Positions 17,737 to 27,368 of a DNA stretch of 64,000 nt are shown here, piece by piece. A program made the position numbers and the translations under genes. This stretch comes from a virus. The DNA lies in IMG/VR virus record IMGVR_UViG_3300030329_005612, positions 3,635 to 67,634 of that record, one strand, 5' to 3'. The notes under the pieces were generated by a model. It did no database searches. It had not been told where the DNA came from and saw only the letters and a list, made by a program, of their open reading frames with translations. Numbering within the stretch: position 1 is the first letter of the stretch; each line of letters starts with the position of its first letter.

Positions 17737-18189
17737 TCAACAGTTTTTTTTAGCAAACGCCGCTCTTGCCGCTTCGTGTTTGGCGTAAAGCCACTCAAAG
17801 TATTCTTTTTTGCTGAATTCCCTAGTAAAACCTTTGCGTTTAGAAAAATTATACACCCACAATCTTTCTACATCTTCATCAAAAACAACGATGTACGCAT
17901 CTACCCCTAGCTTCTTGGCGGTTTCAACTGCCAGCCTTCCCTGCATATCAGAGTCGTACCTCTCTAGGATTGCATCAAAATATCTAGGAGGAGGATTTTT
18001 AATGGTAGGATGATTGTCTCTCCTAGTTAATTCAATTATTGCTACATAGACTATCTGACCATCTACTACGGAGTATTCAATCTGGTCTAAATCTTGAACG
18101 CATCTACTGTTCCACGCTTGCTTCCAGCGAATATCTCTGTAAAGAGTAGTTCTATCTTCAGTATCTTCTCTGTTATGTTGTTTCGGCAT
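17737..18189 (-). CDS. Hypothetical protein, possible PD-(D/E)XK fold
   Basis: QDLDQIEY...AIIELT pattern. Confidence 0.5.
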   Translation of the reverse strand: MPKQHNREDTEDRTTLYRDIRWKQAWNSRCVQDLDQIEYSVVDGQIVYVAIIELTRRDNHPTIKNPPPRYFDAILERYDSDMQGRLAVETAKKLGVDAYIVVFDEDVERLWVYNFSKRKGFTREFSKKEYFEWLYAKHEAARAAFAKKNC

Positions 18190-18202
18190 AATAAATAGTC
18201 GG

Positions 18203-18277
18203 TAGGGATGAAGGGACTCGAACCCATGACCCTCTGTTTAGAAAACAGATGCTCTATCCAAACTGAGCTACATCCCC
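18203..18277 (-). tRNA. tRNA-Arg(UCU), no encoded CCA
   Basis: Cloverleaf; anticodon stem TCTGT/ACAGA with loop TTTCTAA; T-loop TTCGAGT. Confidence 0.9.
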
Positions 18278-18394
18278 TTTTAACTTTTTTTTGAATTAAA
18301 AATTTTCACACAAAAAAGACAAACCCAAGTAAGTAGCCACATTACAAAAAAAAATACCAATACGCCGCCCATCGTAATCCAAGTGCCAATGTTC

Positions 18395-18787
18395 TTAATT
18401 ATATTCATCCCAAATTTGGTCGTCATCACATTTCCACTCTAAAAACGTCATTATTTGGCCGAAACTCAATCGAGTTTTACATAGCCAAGGTTCAAACTCC
18501 TTTGCCTTGGTGTGGCCTTTTTTCGATGCTTTAAAAGCTGTCCAGTCTATCTCCGCAAAATCATCCTCTGCTGGCTGCTTCATGCTTCCCACTAACATCA
18601 CCTTATTTCCAAGGTCATATTCTCTTGTGGAAGTCGTAACCGCAAGAATACCCGCTTTAAATTTCACATACACAAAGTTTCCACGGGGAGTCATGCACCG
18701 CCATTCATCTTTACTGTAGCGATAGACACAGGCAAGTTTCTTACCTTTGAGTGTCTCAAAGTGTTTCTTGTCAAGAACTTGTAACAT
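18395..18787 (-). CDS. Hypothetical protein
   Basis: 130-aa ORF overlapping the end of the sigma factor gene. Confidence 0.6.
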   Translation of the reverse strand: MLQVLDKKHFETLKGKKLACVYRYSKDEWRCMTPRGNFVYVKFKAGILAVTTSTREYDLGNKVMLVGSMKQPAEDDFAEIDWTAFKASKKGHTKAKEFEPWLCKTRLSFGQIMTFLEWKCDDDQIWDEYN

Positions 18788-19778
18788 GATTTTTTGTCTC
18801 CTGCTCTATAAACTTTTTTAATTTTTGTAAGGCAATCTTTTCAAGCTGTCTTATCCTTTCTCTAGTTACCCCAAGTTTCTTTCCAATTTCCTCTAGTGTC
18901 TTTTGCTCCTCATTTTTTAATCCAAAACGTGAAGAAATTATTTGGGCTTCTCTAGTTGTTAATTTATTTAAATGTTTTTTCAAGCAATTTACCTCATCAG
19001 AAGATTGGCAAGCCTCGGCGGGAGAAGCCGCTTTAGAATCTTGAATTAGCGACTCTAGGTCTAACGAGTGGGAGGTACAATCTTCATGGCTGTAAGAATC
19101 ACGAATAGCTGGAGCATTGAGAGACTGTGGATTATAATTATTATTTAATACGCTTACTGTAAATGCCCGTGATACTTTAAATTTTTGCTGAATATGCTCG
19201 TCAGAGGGGCGCACACCTGTTTTACTTTTTTGTTCTTCAATGTATTTTAAGACTTTTTTTAAAGTGTCTTGAACCCCGCACGGCAAGCGAATGAGGCGAC
19301 TCTGTTTAGCGATAGTCCGCAAAATCTGCTGCTTAATCCACCACGATGAATAAGTGGAAAATTTAACTCCCCTTTCTACATCATATTTATCTGCCGCTTT
19401 CATTAGCCCAATGACTCCTTCGCTTACCAAGTCTTCATAGTCCACTGAATTATACCACCTTCCATCAGACCCTGACCCATGAGACCTTCCTCCCCACCGA
19501 ACATACTGCCCTGCAATCTTCATCACAAGACGCACGTTAGCTTCAACTAACTTATTTTTAGCTGTATTTCGGATTTTCTTGCTACGACTTTTTAATTTCT
19601 TTCCTAGCTTTATTTCTTCCTCTCTTGTAAGGAGAGGGGGTAAGTTGTCAAACATTGGTCTGCTGGGGTCGTGGGACAGAGTAATGGTCTTTCTACTTCT
19701 GATAGCCCGTGAAATTTGAATATCGTCGCTACCTGTTGGCCGTCCCGCTCGAAAACCTTTCATAATACCACAGTTCAT
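18771..19778 (-). CDS. RpoD/RpoS-family sigma70 factor
   Basis: LLTREEE (1.2), LVEANVRLV, DLVSEG..GL, KFSTYSSWWIKQ, RLIRLP and TLEEIG...VTRERIRQLE. Confidence 0.95.
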   Translation of the reverse strand: MNCGIMKGFRAGRPTGSDDIQISRAIRSRKTITLSHDPSRPMFDNLPPLLTREEEIKLGKKLKSRSKKIRNTAKNKLVEANVRLVMKIAGQYVRWGGRSHGSGSDGRWYNSVDYEDLVSEGVIGLMKAADKYDVERGVKFSTYSSWWIKQQILRTIAKQSRLIRLPCGVQDTLKKVLKYIEEQKSKTGVRPSDEHIQQKFKVSRAFTVSVLNNNYNPQSLNAPAIRDSYSHEDCTSHSLDLESLIQDSKAASPAEACQSSDEVNCLKKHLNKLTTREAQIISSRFGLKNEEQKTLEEIGKKLGVTRERIRQLEKIALQKLKKFIEQETKNHVTSS

Positions 19779-20184
19779 TTATAATCCCCCCAGCAGGGTT
19801 CGAGTTTGTTTTTGGTAGTCCCTCAAGATTTTTGCAGAACGATAGAACTTATATTTTTCATACCTTTTTGCGCTTATCTCAAGGTTCCATAGAATATCTC
19901 GCTTGGCCATCTGGTCAAGTCGGTTTTTTGTGTCAATATCTTTTTTAGCCATAATTATTTATTATTTAAATGTCCCAATCATCTAACGCCATTCCTATAA
20001 TAGTAGGAGTGTCGTAATCAGGGTTAGCTTTAGCAATATTAATTGCACTAAAAATTAATTCAATTTCAAGACCCCAGTGCTTTGCTGCTTCAAGACCCTG
20101 CTTGATAGCTACTACATCGTATTCTGTGTCAGCTTCCATGTTTCCATAGAATACCCACTATTAAAAAAAAAGTCAACAAAAAAA

Positions 20185-20208
20185 TGAGGGGAAGTTTCCT
20201 TCCCCTCA
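20185..20208 (-). terminator. Rho-independent terminator
   Basis: tgaggggaag-tttc-cttcccctca with U-tract on the minus strand. Confidence 0.75.
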
Positions 20209-20261
20209 CTCACAGTGATAATAGGATTATACTATATGAGAACATAAACGAGGACTTTTTT

Positions 20262-20372
20262 AGGTGCTTTACTTACCCACAGTTGGAAACTGCTTGCCCT
20301 ACGGCGGGGTAAAACCTCGCGCACCTTTTGGGCTGTGTACCGTTGTTGGCCACACTTTGTAACTAGGCACCC
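20262..20372 (-). ncRNA. Unidentified ~110-nt structured RNA candidate
   Basis: Closing helix GGGTGC/GCACCT and three internal hairpins in an ORF-free, GC-enriched interval. Confidence 0.45.
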
Positions 20373-20383
20373 AAAGAAATAGT

Positions 20384-20535
20384 GGATGAGAGGATTTCTG
20401 CGATACCTCTAAAGCCAGCACCCAATACAGTTCATGTTTGCCAGCTTGCCTACCCCACAAGGCTCATACGATTGCACTCTGCCGCTGTGGAGCAACACCT
20501 TTCCCCTTGAGATACAAGGATATTCAGTCACATCC
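20384..20535 (-). ncRNA. manA-motif-like structured RNA
   Basis: GGATG/CATCC closing helix; GTGACTGAATA 5' segment, AGGTGTTGCT, AGGCAAG, ACTGT and GAGG-TATCGCAGAAAT-CCTC 3' hairpin recall the manA RNA of marine phages (from memory). Confidence 0.55.
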
Positions 20536-20607
20536 GTTAAGTTCTCCGTCGAGAACTTAAATTTTAAAAGAACAATAGATAGATTATATTCTACCTTAAT
20601 ATATTAG

Positions 20608-20826
20608 TCAATCTTTTTCTTGTAAACATTCAATCTTTTTCACAAGAAGATTATAAAATTTTTCTACCCTTTCGGGTTGGGCTTGCCGAATCTGACCAAG
20701 GGTTTCCGTCCATACCAGATAATTTTCAGCATTTTCATTTACATCGGCCACCTCAACCATTGCTTGGTCAAAAGGATGGTTGGCCCAAACCTTGCCCTGT
20801 TTTGTGTCTACAACCGCTCTGAACAT
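20608..20826 (-). CDS. Hypothetical protein
   Basis: 72-aa ORF with TTGACT promoter just upstream. Confidence 0.6.
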   Translation of the reverse strand: MFRAVVDTKQGKVWANHPFDQAMVEVADVNENAENYLVWTETLGQIRQAQPERVEKFYNLLVKKIECLQEKD

Positions 20827-20868
20827 GAATCTATTAAACCCTACTTTAAGTTTTAAGTCAAGGAATTT

Positions 20869-21318
20869 TTATTTTGAATAATCATATTCTCCCTCATCTT
20901 CATCATCATCTTCATCATCGTCTTCGTCTTCGTAGTCCGTAAAATCCAACTCGTAGTTGGGGCCATCATCATAAAAATCTTTACTTGCCCCAAATAATCC
21001 ATACCACTCATCTTCTTCGTTCATTTCGTCGGGAGTAAACGTACAGTGATGTTGTTCTTTCCCATCTACAATAACAAGTTTCACTTCCTCTCCGGTGGAC
21101 ATTTTTTTTAAATGATTAAAAAGACACACATTACACAGAAATAATTCTAAATCCATTTTATTGTCTTCGTCGTGACGGGGATAAAAAAAGTAAGCAATTT
21201 TATTTGCATCATAAAGAGTAGTGTAATCGCTGCGACTATATTTTATATCACACGCATCACAGCCTATAGTATCGCCTTTAAGCTCCTTCGGGGAAATCAG
21301 TGATACTATAACCATCAT
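20869..21318 (-). CDS. Zinc-binding protein with acidic tail
   Basis: CDAC...CNVC; D/E-rich C-terminus. Confidence 0.6.
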   Translation of the reverse strand: MMVIVSLISPKELKGDTIGCDACDIKYSRSDYTTLYDANKIAYFFYPRHDEDNKMDLELFLCNVCLFNHLKKMSTGEEVKLVIVDGKEQHHCTFTPDEMNEEDEWYGLFGASKDFYDDGPNYELDFTDYEDEDDDEDDDEDEGEYDYSK

Positions 21319-21623
21319 TTTATTAAATTAATTTTATCTTCATAAGAAAAAGACTTCGTAGAAGATACTTTTACTCTGTAACTTGTAAGGGGCGTAGAGC
21401 TTTTTACAACGTAAGACTCTGCGTCATTCTTACTCAGAAAAATCTTATCCACTTTCCCGTCCTCTATTATGAGGTACAAGTCTTGAACGGCGTTAGTGTT
21501 CGCTACACTTAAATTATTTGGCCCATTATGATTAATTTTTGAAGGAAAAACCATAAAAGCCATTACCAGTGTAATGCAAAAGGCTAACACAAAAAAAACC
21601 AAAGCAACTTTAAAGTTTTTCAT
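21315..21623 (-). CDS. Membrane-anchored hypothetical protein
   Basis: N-terminal hydrophobic helix. Confidence 0.55.
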   Translation of the reverse strand: MKNFKVALVFFVLAFCITLVMAFMVFPSKINHNGPNNLSVANTNAVQDLYLIIEDGKVDKIFLSKNDAESYVVKSSTPLTSYRVKVSSTKSFSYEDKINLIK

Positions 21624-21803
21624 TTAATTATTTGGTTTGAAATTTTTCGACTTTGTTCAAAAAAGAACGAGTAAAATTACGTTTATCTACGGGCTTTAGG
21701 GCAACCCTATTCGCCTCGTTTGAAGTGGAAAGGCAAACTTTTTCTACTTCAACTTGGCCATTAGGTTGTTCGGATATAGTTATTTGGTATTTTTTATTCA
21801 TAA

Positions 21804-22139
21804 TTAAAAAACTTTCTTTATAATTTTAGCTAAATCATGCCTTCCAGCATTTATTAAAACATATTCTACTAAACAGAGTTTACTATTTGCCCTGTCATCT
21901 TTGGGGAAAGCGGTGACAAAAGGGCCAAGGTTTAATTCCTCATCCCCATCGGAATCAAAAGATGGGGATTCGAGATTAATGTCATCGTGGTTTCCGTCTA
22001 AAAAATTTTCAAGAGCTTTTGTCATTGCTTCAAGAGCCATGTCGTCGTTTCGTTCAAAACAGTTTTTATCTACCTCAATGAAGGTAAACCAGTTGCCACA
22101 TTCTACAATAAAAATAGAAGTGTTATCTTTTATCTCCAT
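21804..22139 (-). CDS. Hypothetical protein
   Basis: 111-aa ORF coupled to rpsU. Confidence 0.6.
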   Translation of the reverse strand: MEIKDNTSIFIVECGNWFTFIEVDKNCFERNDDMALEAMTKALENFLDGNHDDINLESPSFDSDGDEELNLGPFVTAFPKDDRANSKLCLVEYVLINAGRHDLAKIIKKVF

Positions 22140-22330
22140 AGTTTATTTTCTTTCGCTTGCATCTTCGCTCGGTAGATTGCTTGCTTGCGCTGTTGATATT
22201 TCTTTTCACTGGGCTTTTCGTAAAATTGTCGCTTGCGGTAGTTCTTCAAAACCCCTTCACTATCTATTTTCTTTTTAAACCTTTGCAAAGCTTTTTCAAG
22301 GCTCCCATTACCTACTTTAATTTTAATCAT
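22130..22330 (-). CDS. rpsU: Ribosomal protein bS21
   Basis: SLEKALQRFKKK...G...RKRQFYEKPSEK signature. Confidence 0.95.
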   Translation of the reverse strand: MIKIKVGNGSLEKALQRFKKKIDSEGVLKNYRKRQFYEKPSEKKYQQRKQAIYRAKMQAKENKLWR

Positions 22331-22367
22331 AAATTATCTTATATTGTATAGCTTGTGACCACAAAAG

Positions 22368-22634
22368 TCAAGACCATTTAAAATAACCATAAATATTCAT
22401 TACAAATATAACAAGAGACATTACTGCTGTGGGGTGGGCTTTCTTATAAAAAGAATAGGCGGCAACCATTCCATTCCCCACAGCCCAGACAAGCCAAGAA
22501 CCCGCATACATATTTGCATTAAGATAATACCCCCAAATAACCAAGGTAGCCCCAATCCATCCCGCTATCTTCCATGCTCTTTCGGCACAGTCTCCAGCTT
22601 CATTACATATCCCACGTTTCTTTATAGTCTCCAT
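22368..22634 (-). CDS. Small PnuC-like membrane protein
   Basis: Three hydrophobic helices, W..W..GN and C-terminal NIYGYFKW. Confidence 0.5.
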   Translation of the reverse strand: METIKKRGICNEAGDCAERAWKIAGWIGATLVIWGYYLNANMYAGSWLVWAVGNGMVAAYSFYKKAHPTAVMSLVIFVMNIYGYFKWS

Positions 22635-22785
22635 CTGTAATACTTTTCCGTGCCAACCCCTTAAGTTCATCATTATTAAAATAAAGTTTAAATTCTGATG
22701 AGGGTGGGGAAGAAGCACACCCCGTACTAATTAACATTACCAATAACAGTAGTTTTTTCATATTATTTTAAATCTACAAAGAAAT

Positions 22786-23430
22786 TCAATCTGGTATAGA
22801 TATAATTTCAAAATCCTCCCTTATCATAGGTTCCCAGTCTTTCTGTCCACTCACATATGGCCACCTCTCCTCGTTGTATTTTAACCATTTAGTTAACTCT
22901 GTGTGGCTGAAACTAAAACCTCGCTCTCGATATTTCTTCAGTCTGGAAATAGCCACCTCTGGTCTCGCGTGAGAAACGTGGTAACAATTTCCTGTATAAT
23001 GTAATTTTTTATTTTCAATGTCTTCAAAATAATTTTTACTATAACAGAGATTTAATTGTGAGTCAATAGCGGCGAAATTGATTGTGTAATCAAAGTATGT
23101 AATAGTATTTATCATGTTAGGAACCGCTGGCCCACCAAGAAAAAGAAATTGCCACCTACGACCCTCCAAATCTATATACTCTCTATGCAGGGGGCCACTG
23201 GAAAACCAATCAAAATTCAAATTAGAATAACAATAATCAATTAACTTCTTCCTGTCAGCTTCGGAAGAAAGAAAAATATCAATATCTTTAGGGCTGTTTC
23301 CCAAATAAAAATCTCTCAATACCCCACCAGCAATCCAAAAATAAACCCCGCTCTTTTCCAGAGGCTCAAAATACTCCTTCTTTATAAAATTCTTTAAGCT
23401 ATCTATTTTATCTTCCATATTTATTTCCAC
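22786..23430 (-). CDS. tRNA nucleotidyltransferase/poly(A) polymerase-like protein (head domain)
   Basis: IAGGVLRD, KDIDIF and FDYTIN motifs. Confidence 0.75.
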   Translation of the reverse strand: MEINMEDKIDSLKNFIKKEYFEPLEKSGVYFWIAGGVLRDFYLGNSPKDIDIFLSSEADRKKLIDYCYSNLNFDWFSSGPLHREYIDLEGRRWQFLFLGGPAVPNMINTITYFDYTINFAAIDSQLNLCYSKNYFEDIENKKLHYTGNCYHVSHARPEVAISRLKKYRERGFSFSHTELTKWLKYNEERWPYVSGQKDWEPMIREDFEIISIPD

Positions 23431-24077
23431 TCTAGTGCTTCGCTTGTGTTAGGAAATTGTTTAATAAAAACTTTTTTAATTGCTTCCGCAATGTCTCGAT
23501 GTTCTTTTTGAGTATTTATGTCTGTTCTTAAGTTAATGTAATGAATCCAGCTACGAACAGTGCCGTTCATATACATAGTGGTCTGGGTATTAAGGGGAAG
23601 AACTGCCCTAGCGCATTCTTTAGCTACCCCTGCTTCAAGTAAATCTTCATAGGCTTTCATTGCTCCACTCATGGCTCGATTAGCTATATAATATGGCAGA
23701 GCACTCTTTTCAAATGCCTCGCTGCTACTTTGTCGATTTTTTTCTGCTGGTTTACGCAGTTCAAGGTTTTCCAGTTCGGTAGCCTCGCTATATCTTTGGG
23801 AAAATTCTTGAAATGAAAAGCTCCTGTGACGCAAAATCTGTGCGGCAATTGCCCTGCTCGTCTTTATTTCAACGCACATACTAACCAATTCAAACGGCGA
23901 CCAGTGCTTGTGTTTAATTAAAAATTTAATAAGTTTCGGCGCGGTGGCCGTGTTCATTTGGTTCTTGGGGTTGGAGACTCTAGCGCAAAAAGCTATCAAA
24001 TCTTCGGCTCTCATGGGGGAAATTCCCGTTGCCGTGCTAACCTTTGGGTCGGTAACTGATACTAACGCAACATTCAT
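23421..24077 (-). CDS. thyX: FAD-dependent thymidylate synthase
   Basis: HWSPFE, QILRHRSFSFQEFSQRY, ECARAVLP and TQKEHR. Confidence 0.97.
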   Translation of the reverse strand: MNVALVSVTDPKVSTATGISPMRAEDLIAFCARVSNPKNQMNTATAPKLIKFLIKHKHWSPFELVSMCVEIKTSRAIAAQILRHRSFSFQEFSQRYSEATELENLELRKPAEKNRQSSSEAFEKSALPYYIANRAMSGAMKAYEDLLEAGVAKECARAVLPLNTQTTMYMNGTVRSWIHYINLRTDINTQKEHRDIAEAIKKVFIKQFPNTSEALEWK

Positions 24078-24382
24078 TTTTTTCTCCTAATTCCAAGATG
24101 TTTTCTCATCCAGCAGACTTGTAGGGGTCTTTTGTTGGGAAAAAACTTCTGAGTAAGCTCTTTATACTCGTAATCTGCTCCATGTTGTAAAAGTAAAGCT
24201 CGTTCAGCATTTGTCCACACGGGCGGTTTTTTAAGCCCCATACTCATTTTCTTTTGACAAATCTGAACGGGGGTTTTGGTTGGAAAGAATTTTTCAGATA
24301 ACTCACGCTGGTTATATTTCAAATAATTTTCTTTAAGAATTTTTACTTCAGAGTCTGTCCAAATTTGATTTTTATATTTCAT
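24074..24382 (-). CDS. Tandem Myb/SANT-like HTH protein
   Basis: Two WT..E..(I/L)L...FFP.K.P.Q repeats. Confidence 0.6.
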   Translation of the reverse strand: MKYKNQIWTDSEVKILKENYLKYNQRELSEKFFPTKTPVQICQKKMSMGLKKPPVWTNAERALLLQHGADYEYKELTQKFFPNKRPLQVCWMRKHLGIRRKK

Positions 24383-24384
24383 AT

Positions 24385-24750
24385 TTAAGGAATATATTTT
24401 TTGGCGTGTCCCTCCTTAAGCAAGAAATCGTTTATTGATTTTCCATGATATTTGGAGGTTTTAATATAACAGTTGAGGGTCTGTATGATTCCCAAACACC
24501 TTCCGTATTTACCTACCCCCTCAGAAGTTAACAAAAATTCGTTTTCACTTTGAAGTAAAACTTCAGCAAGTGCCTCCTTGGCCTTGAGTCCCTTCTTCTT
24601 TACTTCTTTGTCGCGAGTTCTACATTCAAATGCGTTTATATTAGCTAGACGGATACGTTTTTTTATCCATATATTAAAGCCAAGGTCAATCATTGCATCG
24701 AGGGTATCACCATCAATGATTTTTATTAATTTAGCTTTATACTTGTACAT
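24385..24750 (-). CDS. Thermonuclease (SNase-like)
   Basis: IIDGDTLD..IDLGF, RIRL, GKYGRCL and EGHA. Confidence 0.9.
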   Translation of the reverse strand: MYKYKAKLIKIIDGDTLDAMIDLGFNIWIKKRIRLANINAFECRTRDKEVKKKGLKAKEALAEVLLQSENEFLLTSEGVGKYGRCLGIIQTLNCYIKTSKYHGKSINDFLLKEGHAKKYIP

Positions 24751-25014
24751 TACGCACCTTATTTATTCAAAATGATCTTTTATATCAGTAAAGTTTCTTT
24801 CTACTATTTGGGTGGGTTTGACTACTACCTTGGTATTGTAGAGAGTTACATATTTCTCTGCATCACTTTTCTTTTTAAAGAAACCCAAAGTTGACCAGTG
24901 CAGATTATTCAGCTGCTGTCTAACTTCATAAAATTTATCAGTCGTGCGTGGCATTTTGGTATATCGTCCACCTATAGGGTAAAATTTGCTGTCGTTTTAA
25001 AATCCATTTTTTTA

Positions 25015-25464
25015 TTAATTAAATGATTTGTGAATCCTAGAATTTATTTCATAGACCTTTTGTTCTAGCCAAAGAGCTTCGGTAGAGTCAGCAAAAGGTG
25101 GGCCGTCCTCCTCATTATAATGATCAAAATTAATTTCATTTTTATTTGCATCAATTGAAATAACATCTTGACCATGACCCGTAGCGTAAGAAAGTTTATA
25201 GACAGGGGTTTTTTTAATGTGGCTTTTCAAAATGTAAATCTTCTTGTTGTGGCGTTCGCTGAGAACCACGGCGTTAGCAATAGCTACATAAAGAGGAACA
25301 TTTTTCTCACTCAATTCAGTGAGCCAATGATCCATAATTTTACGATGAGAAATTTTTAACCCTTCATAATAAACAAAATCATTATTATTTTGAAAAGGGT
25401 TGACGGTACGCTGGTTTGCACAGCCAAACGCACTTAACATGATAATGAGTACAATATATTTCAT
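25015..25464 (-). CDS. Putative lipoprotein
   Basis: Signal peptide with lipobox-like SAFGC. Confidence 0.55.
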   Translation of the reverse strand: MKYIVLIIMLSAFGCANQRTVNPFQNNNDFVYYEGLKISHRKIMDHWLTELSEKNVPLYVAIANAVVLSERHNKKIYILKSHIKKTPVYKLSYATGHGQDVISIDANKNEINFDHYNEEDGPPFADSTEALWLEQKVYEINSRIHKSFN

Positions 25465-25870
25465 ATTTAAATTCTTTAAAATAGTTATTCACCTTTTAAA
25501 AATTTTTCCTGTATTTCTTCTACCATCTCCACAAGCAGCCCTATAGGGGCAGCGTCAAGACCATAAGCCCTACAATCAATCAAATACTTATGAAGCCTTT
25601 GAATTTTTTTGTAGGTATCGGTTGGTTTATTTCTTTCAAACTCGCTGGGATTCATAAAGCGTAATTTTATTATTAAATTTTTTATCAATTAAATCTTGAG
25701 ACTGAAGCGTTTTATAGCGTTTATTTCTATCAATTATTTCAGCGTATGCACAGTAATCACTTCCGTCGCCACTACACTTTGACTTAAAAGTGTTTGCAAT
25801 GTTTTTAGCACCGCTCAAATCAGAGTTATATACAGCGTATAAAAACTCAACATAATTAGAGGTTAGGGTA

Positions 25871-26221
25871 TTATCGTATTTCATAAGGTAGTAGTTCGGT
25901 GACTCCTTCAGAGTATCGTTGGATAACGTATTCGACAAAGCTTTCAAACGCCTCGCGAGAATCATGACCGTCATCATCACAGCCCCGGAGTTGTAAGTGT
26001 CCATCTTCGGTGCAACAGCCAGAAGCCTTACGGAATTTTCTCCTTACAACATTTGTTTCTTCGTCGTACTCTTCATCTGAGTCTTTAAGTAAAGAGTCTA
26101 TCAATTCCCCAACTTCGGGGGATTGAATAGATGAACCATTTCGGGTTCTATCCCTATGACTAAAAAACCAAGGGTCACTGGGCAGGTTTAAAATATTAAA
26201 TTCTTCTCTGGAGAATTTCAT
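25871..26221 (-). CDS. Hypothetical protein
   Basis: 116-aa ORF with TTGACA promoter just upstream. Confidence 0.6.
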   Translation of the reverse strand: MKFSREEFNILNLPSDPWFFSHRDRTRNGSSIQSPEVGELIDSLLKDSDEEYDEETNVVRRKFRKASGCCTEDGHLQLRGCDDDGHDSREAFESFVEYVIQRYSEGVTELLPYEIR

Positions 26222-26265
26222 TTCTTAATTTTAACATCTTTATACTTTATGTCAAGTATTTCTTG

Positions 26266-26796
26266 CTAGGCACTTTCTATTTTGTTAAAACCTGTAGTGA
26301 ACCCATCATGTTCCCACGTAATAGTTCTACCTGTGTCTCCATTAAACCAATAATGAGCTACTTTTATTTCTGTTTCTTTGTATTCCCCACTACCGACTTC
26401 TTTTTCATCTAGTTTTCTGGAGACATAATAAATATCATAAATATGATCTATAATATTAGTATCATCTTTAGCTCTAACGTGCATCTCAACAAAATCTTGA
26501 GCTTCTTCAAGGGTCACGAAATGCAACTTACCTCCGTCCATCCAACCAGCGTAAGGGCTAGGGTTATCTTCCTCAAGCGTATACTCTCTCTGATAAGCAA
26601 AGCTACCTCTGGTATTTTGGCTAAAAATCCACTCGCCTTGACCTCGTTCATAACAGTAAACCCTGTAATCCCAATTGCACCCAGTTTTTCCGACCTCACC
26701 TTCGGGGTCATGTTCTTGTTCTTCGTATTTGCAAGTAACCGTCCAAGTAGCTAATGCTCCTACGCCAGCAGTTTTAATAAAGTTTCTTCTGTTCAT
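26266..26796 (-). CDS. Twin-arginine signal peptide protein
   Basis: MNRRNFIKTAGVGALA; ATG overlaps the upstream stop. Confidence 0.6.
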   Translation of the reverse strand: MNRRNFIKTAGVGALATWTVTCKYEEQEHDPEGEVGKTGCNWDYRVYCYERGQGEWIFSQNTRGSFAYQREYTLEEDNPSPYAGWMDGGKLHFVTLEEAQDFVEMHVRAKDDTNIIDHIYDIYYVSRKLDEKEVGSGEYKETEIKVAHYWFNGDTGRTITWEHDGFTTGFNKIESA

Positions 26797-27368
26797 GGTT
26801 TTCGTAAAAAATCTGATGGGCGTAGCATATGAAATTCCCACTGTTGCCTTTGGGACTCGCTACCGTCGCCCTTTGCATTGTTGTCACCCTCACCGTCACC
26901 CTTTTTGCTTTGTTCATCTGCCTCTTTTTTCCTCAATCTTCCCACTACGGGGTGTCCTTTCTTTAATTTTCCTCTTAGCTCTTCTTCTATTTGCTCGTGA
27001 AGACTTCGGCTATAAGGCACTCCAAACAAACGAGGTTCAAGGTTATCACTTTTATATCCAAAAAATTTTAAAAGCGAACTTTCTTGTTGATCCACAGATT
27101 CTAGCAAAAAATAAATCGCGCCATCAAATTTGGTATGTTCATTAGGCTCTTTAATTACTACCCAATGTACTAGCACCTTATCAGGCATATCCTCCTCGTG
27201 TGCTGGCCACCCCAGATACGAATGAATTGTAAACCAAAAAATAATAGTAAAAATACAAAAAACAGAAATACAAGATGCTTTATAATACCACCTTAGCTTT
27301 GATTCGGTTAGCAACCAAAAAGTCAAAGCACCAAACACCAATAATAGAATTGGTAATGCTATATTCAT
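26793..27368 (-). CDS. Membrane protein (2 TM plus soluble domain)
   Basis: Two N-terminal helices; LGWP, IYF and EPRLF..PY...LH motifs. Confidence 0.7.
   Translation of the reverse strand: MNIALPILLLVFGALTFWLLTESKLRWYYKASCISVFCIFTIIFWFTIHSYLGWPAHEEDMPDKVLVHWVVIKEPNEHTKFDGAIYFLLESVDQQESSLLKFFGYKSDNLEPRLFGVPYSRSLHEQIEEELRGKLKKGHPVVGRLRKKEADEQSKKGDGEGDNNAKGDGSESQRQQWEFHMLRPSDFLRKP

Noticed and set aside
18203-18277. Amber suppressor tRNA (CTA in the anticodon loop) and stop-codon recoding
   Set aside because: The 7-nt loop TTTCTAA centres on TCT (Arg). Conserved genes are intact in the standard code and several end at TAG or TGA.
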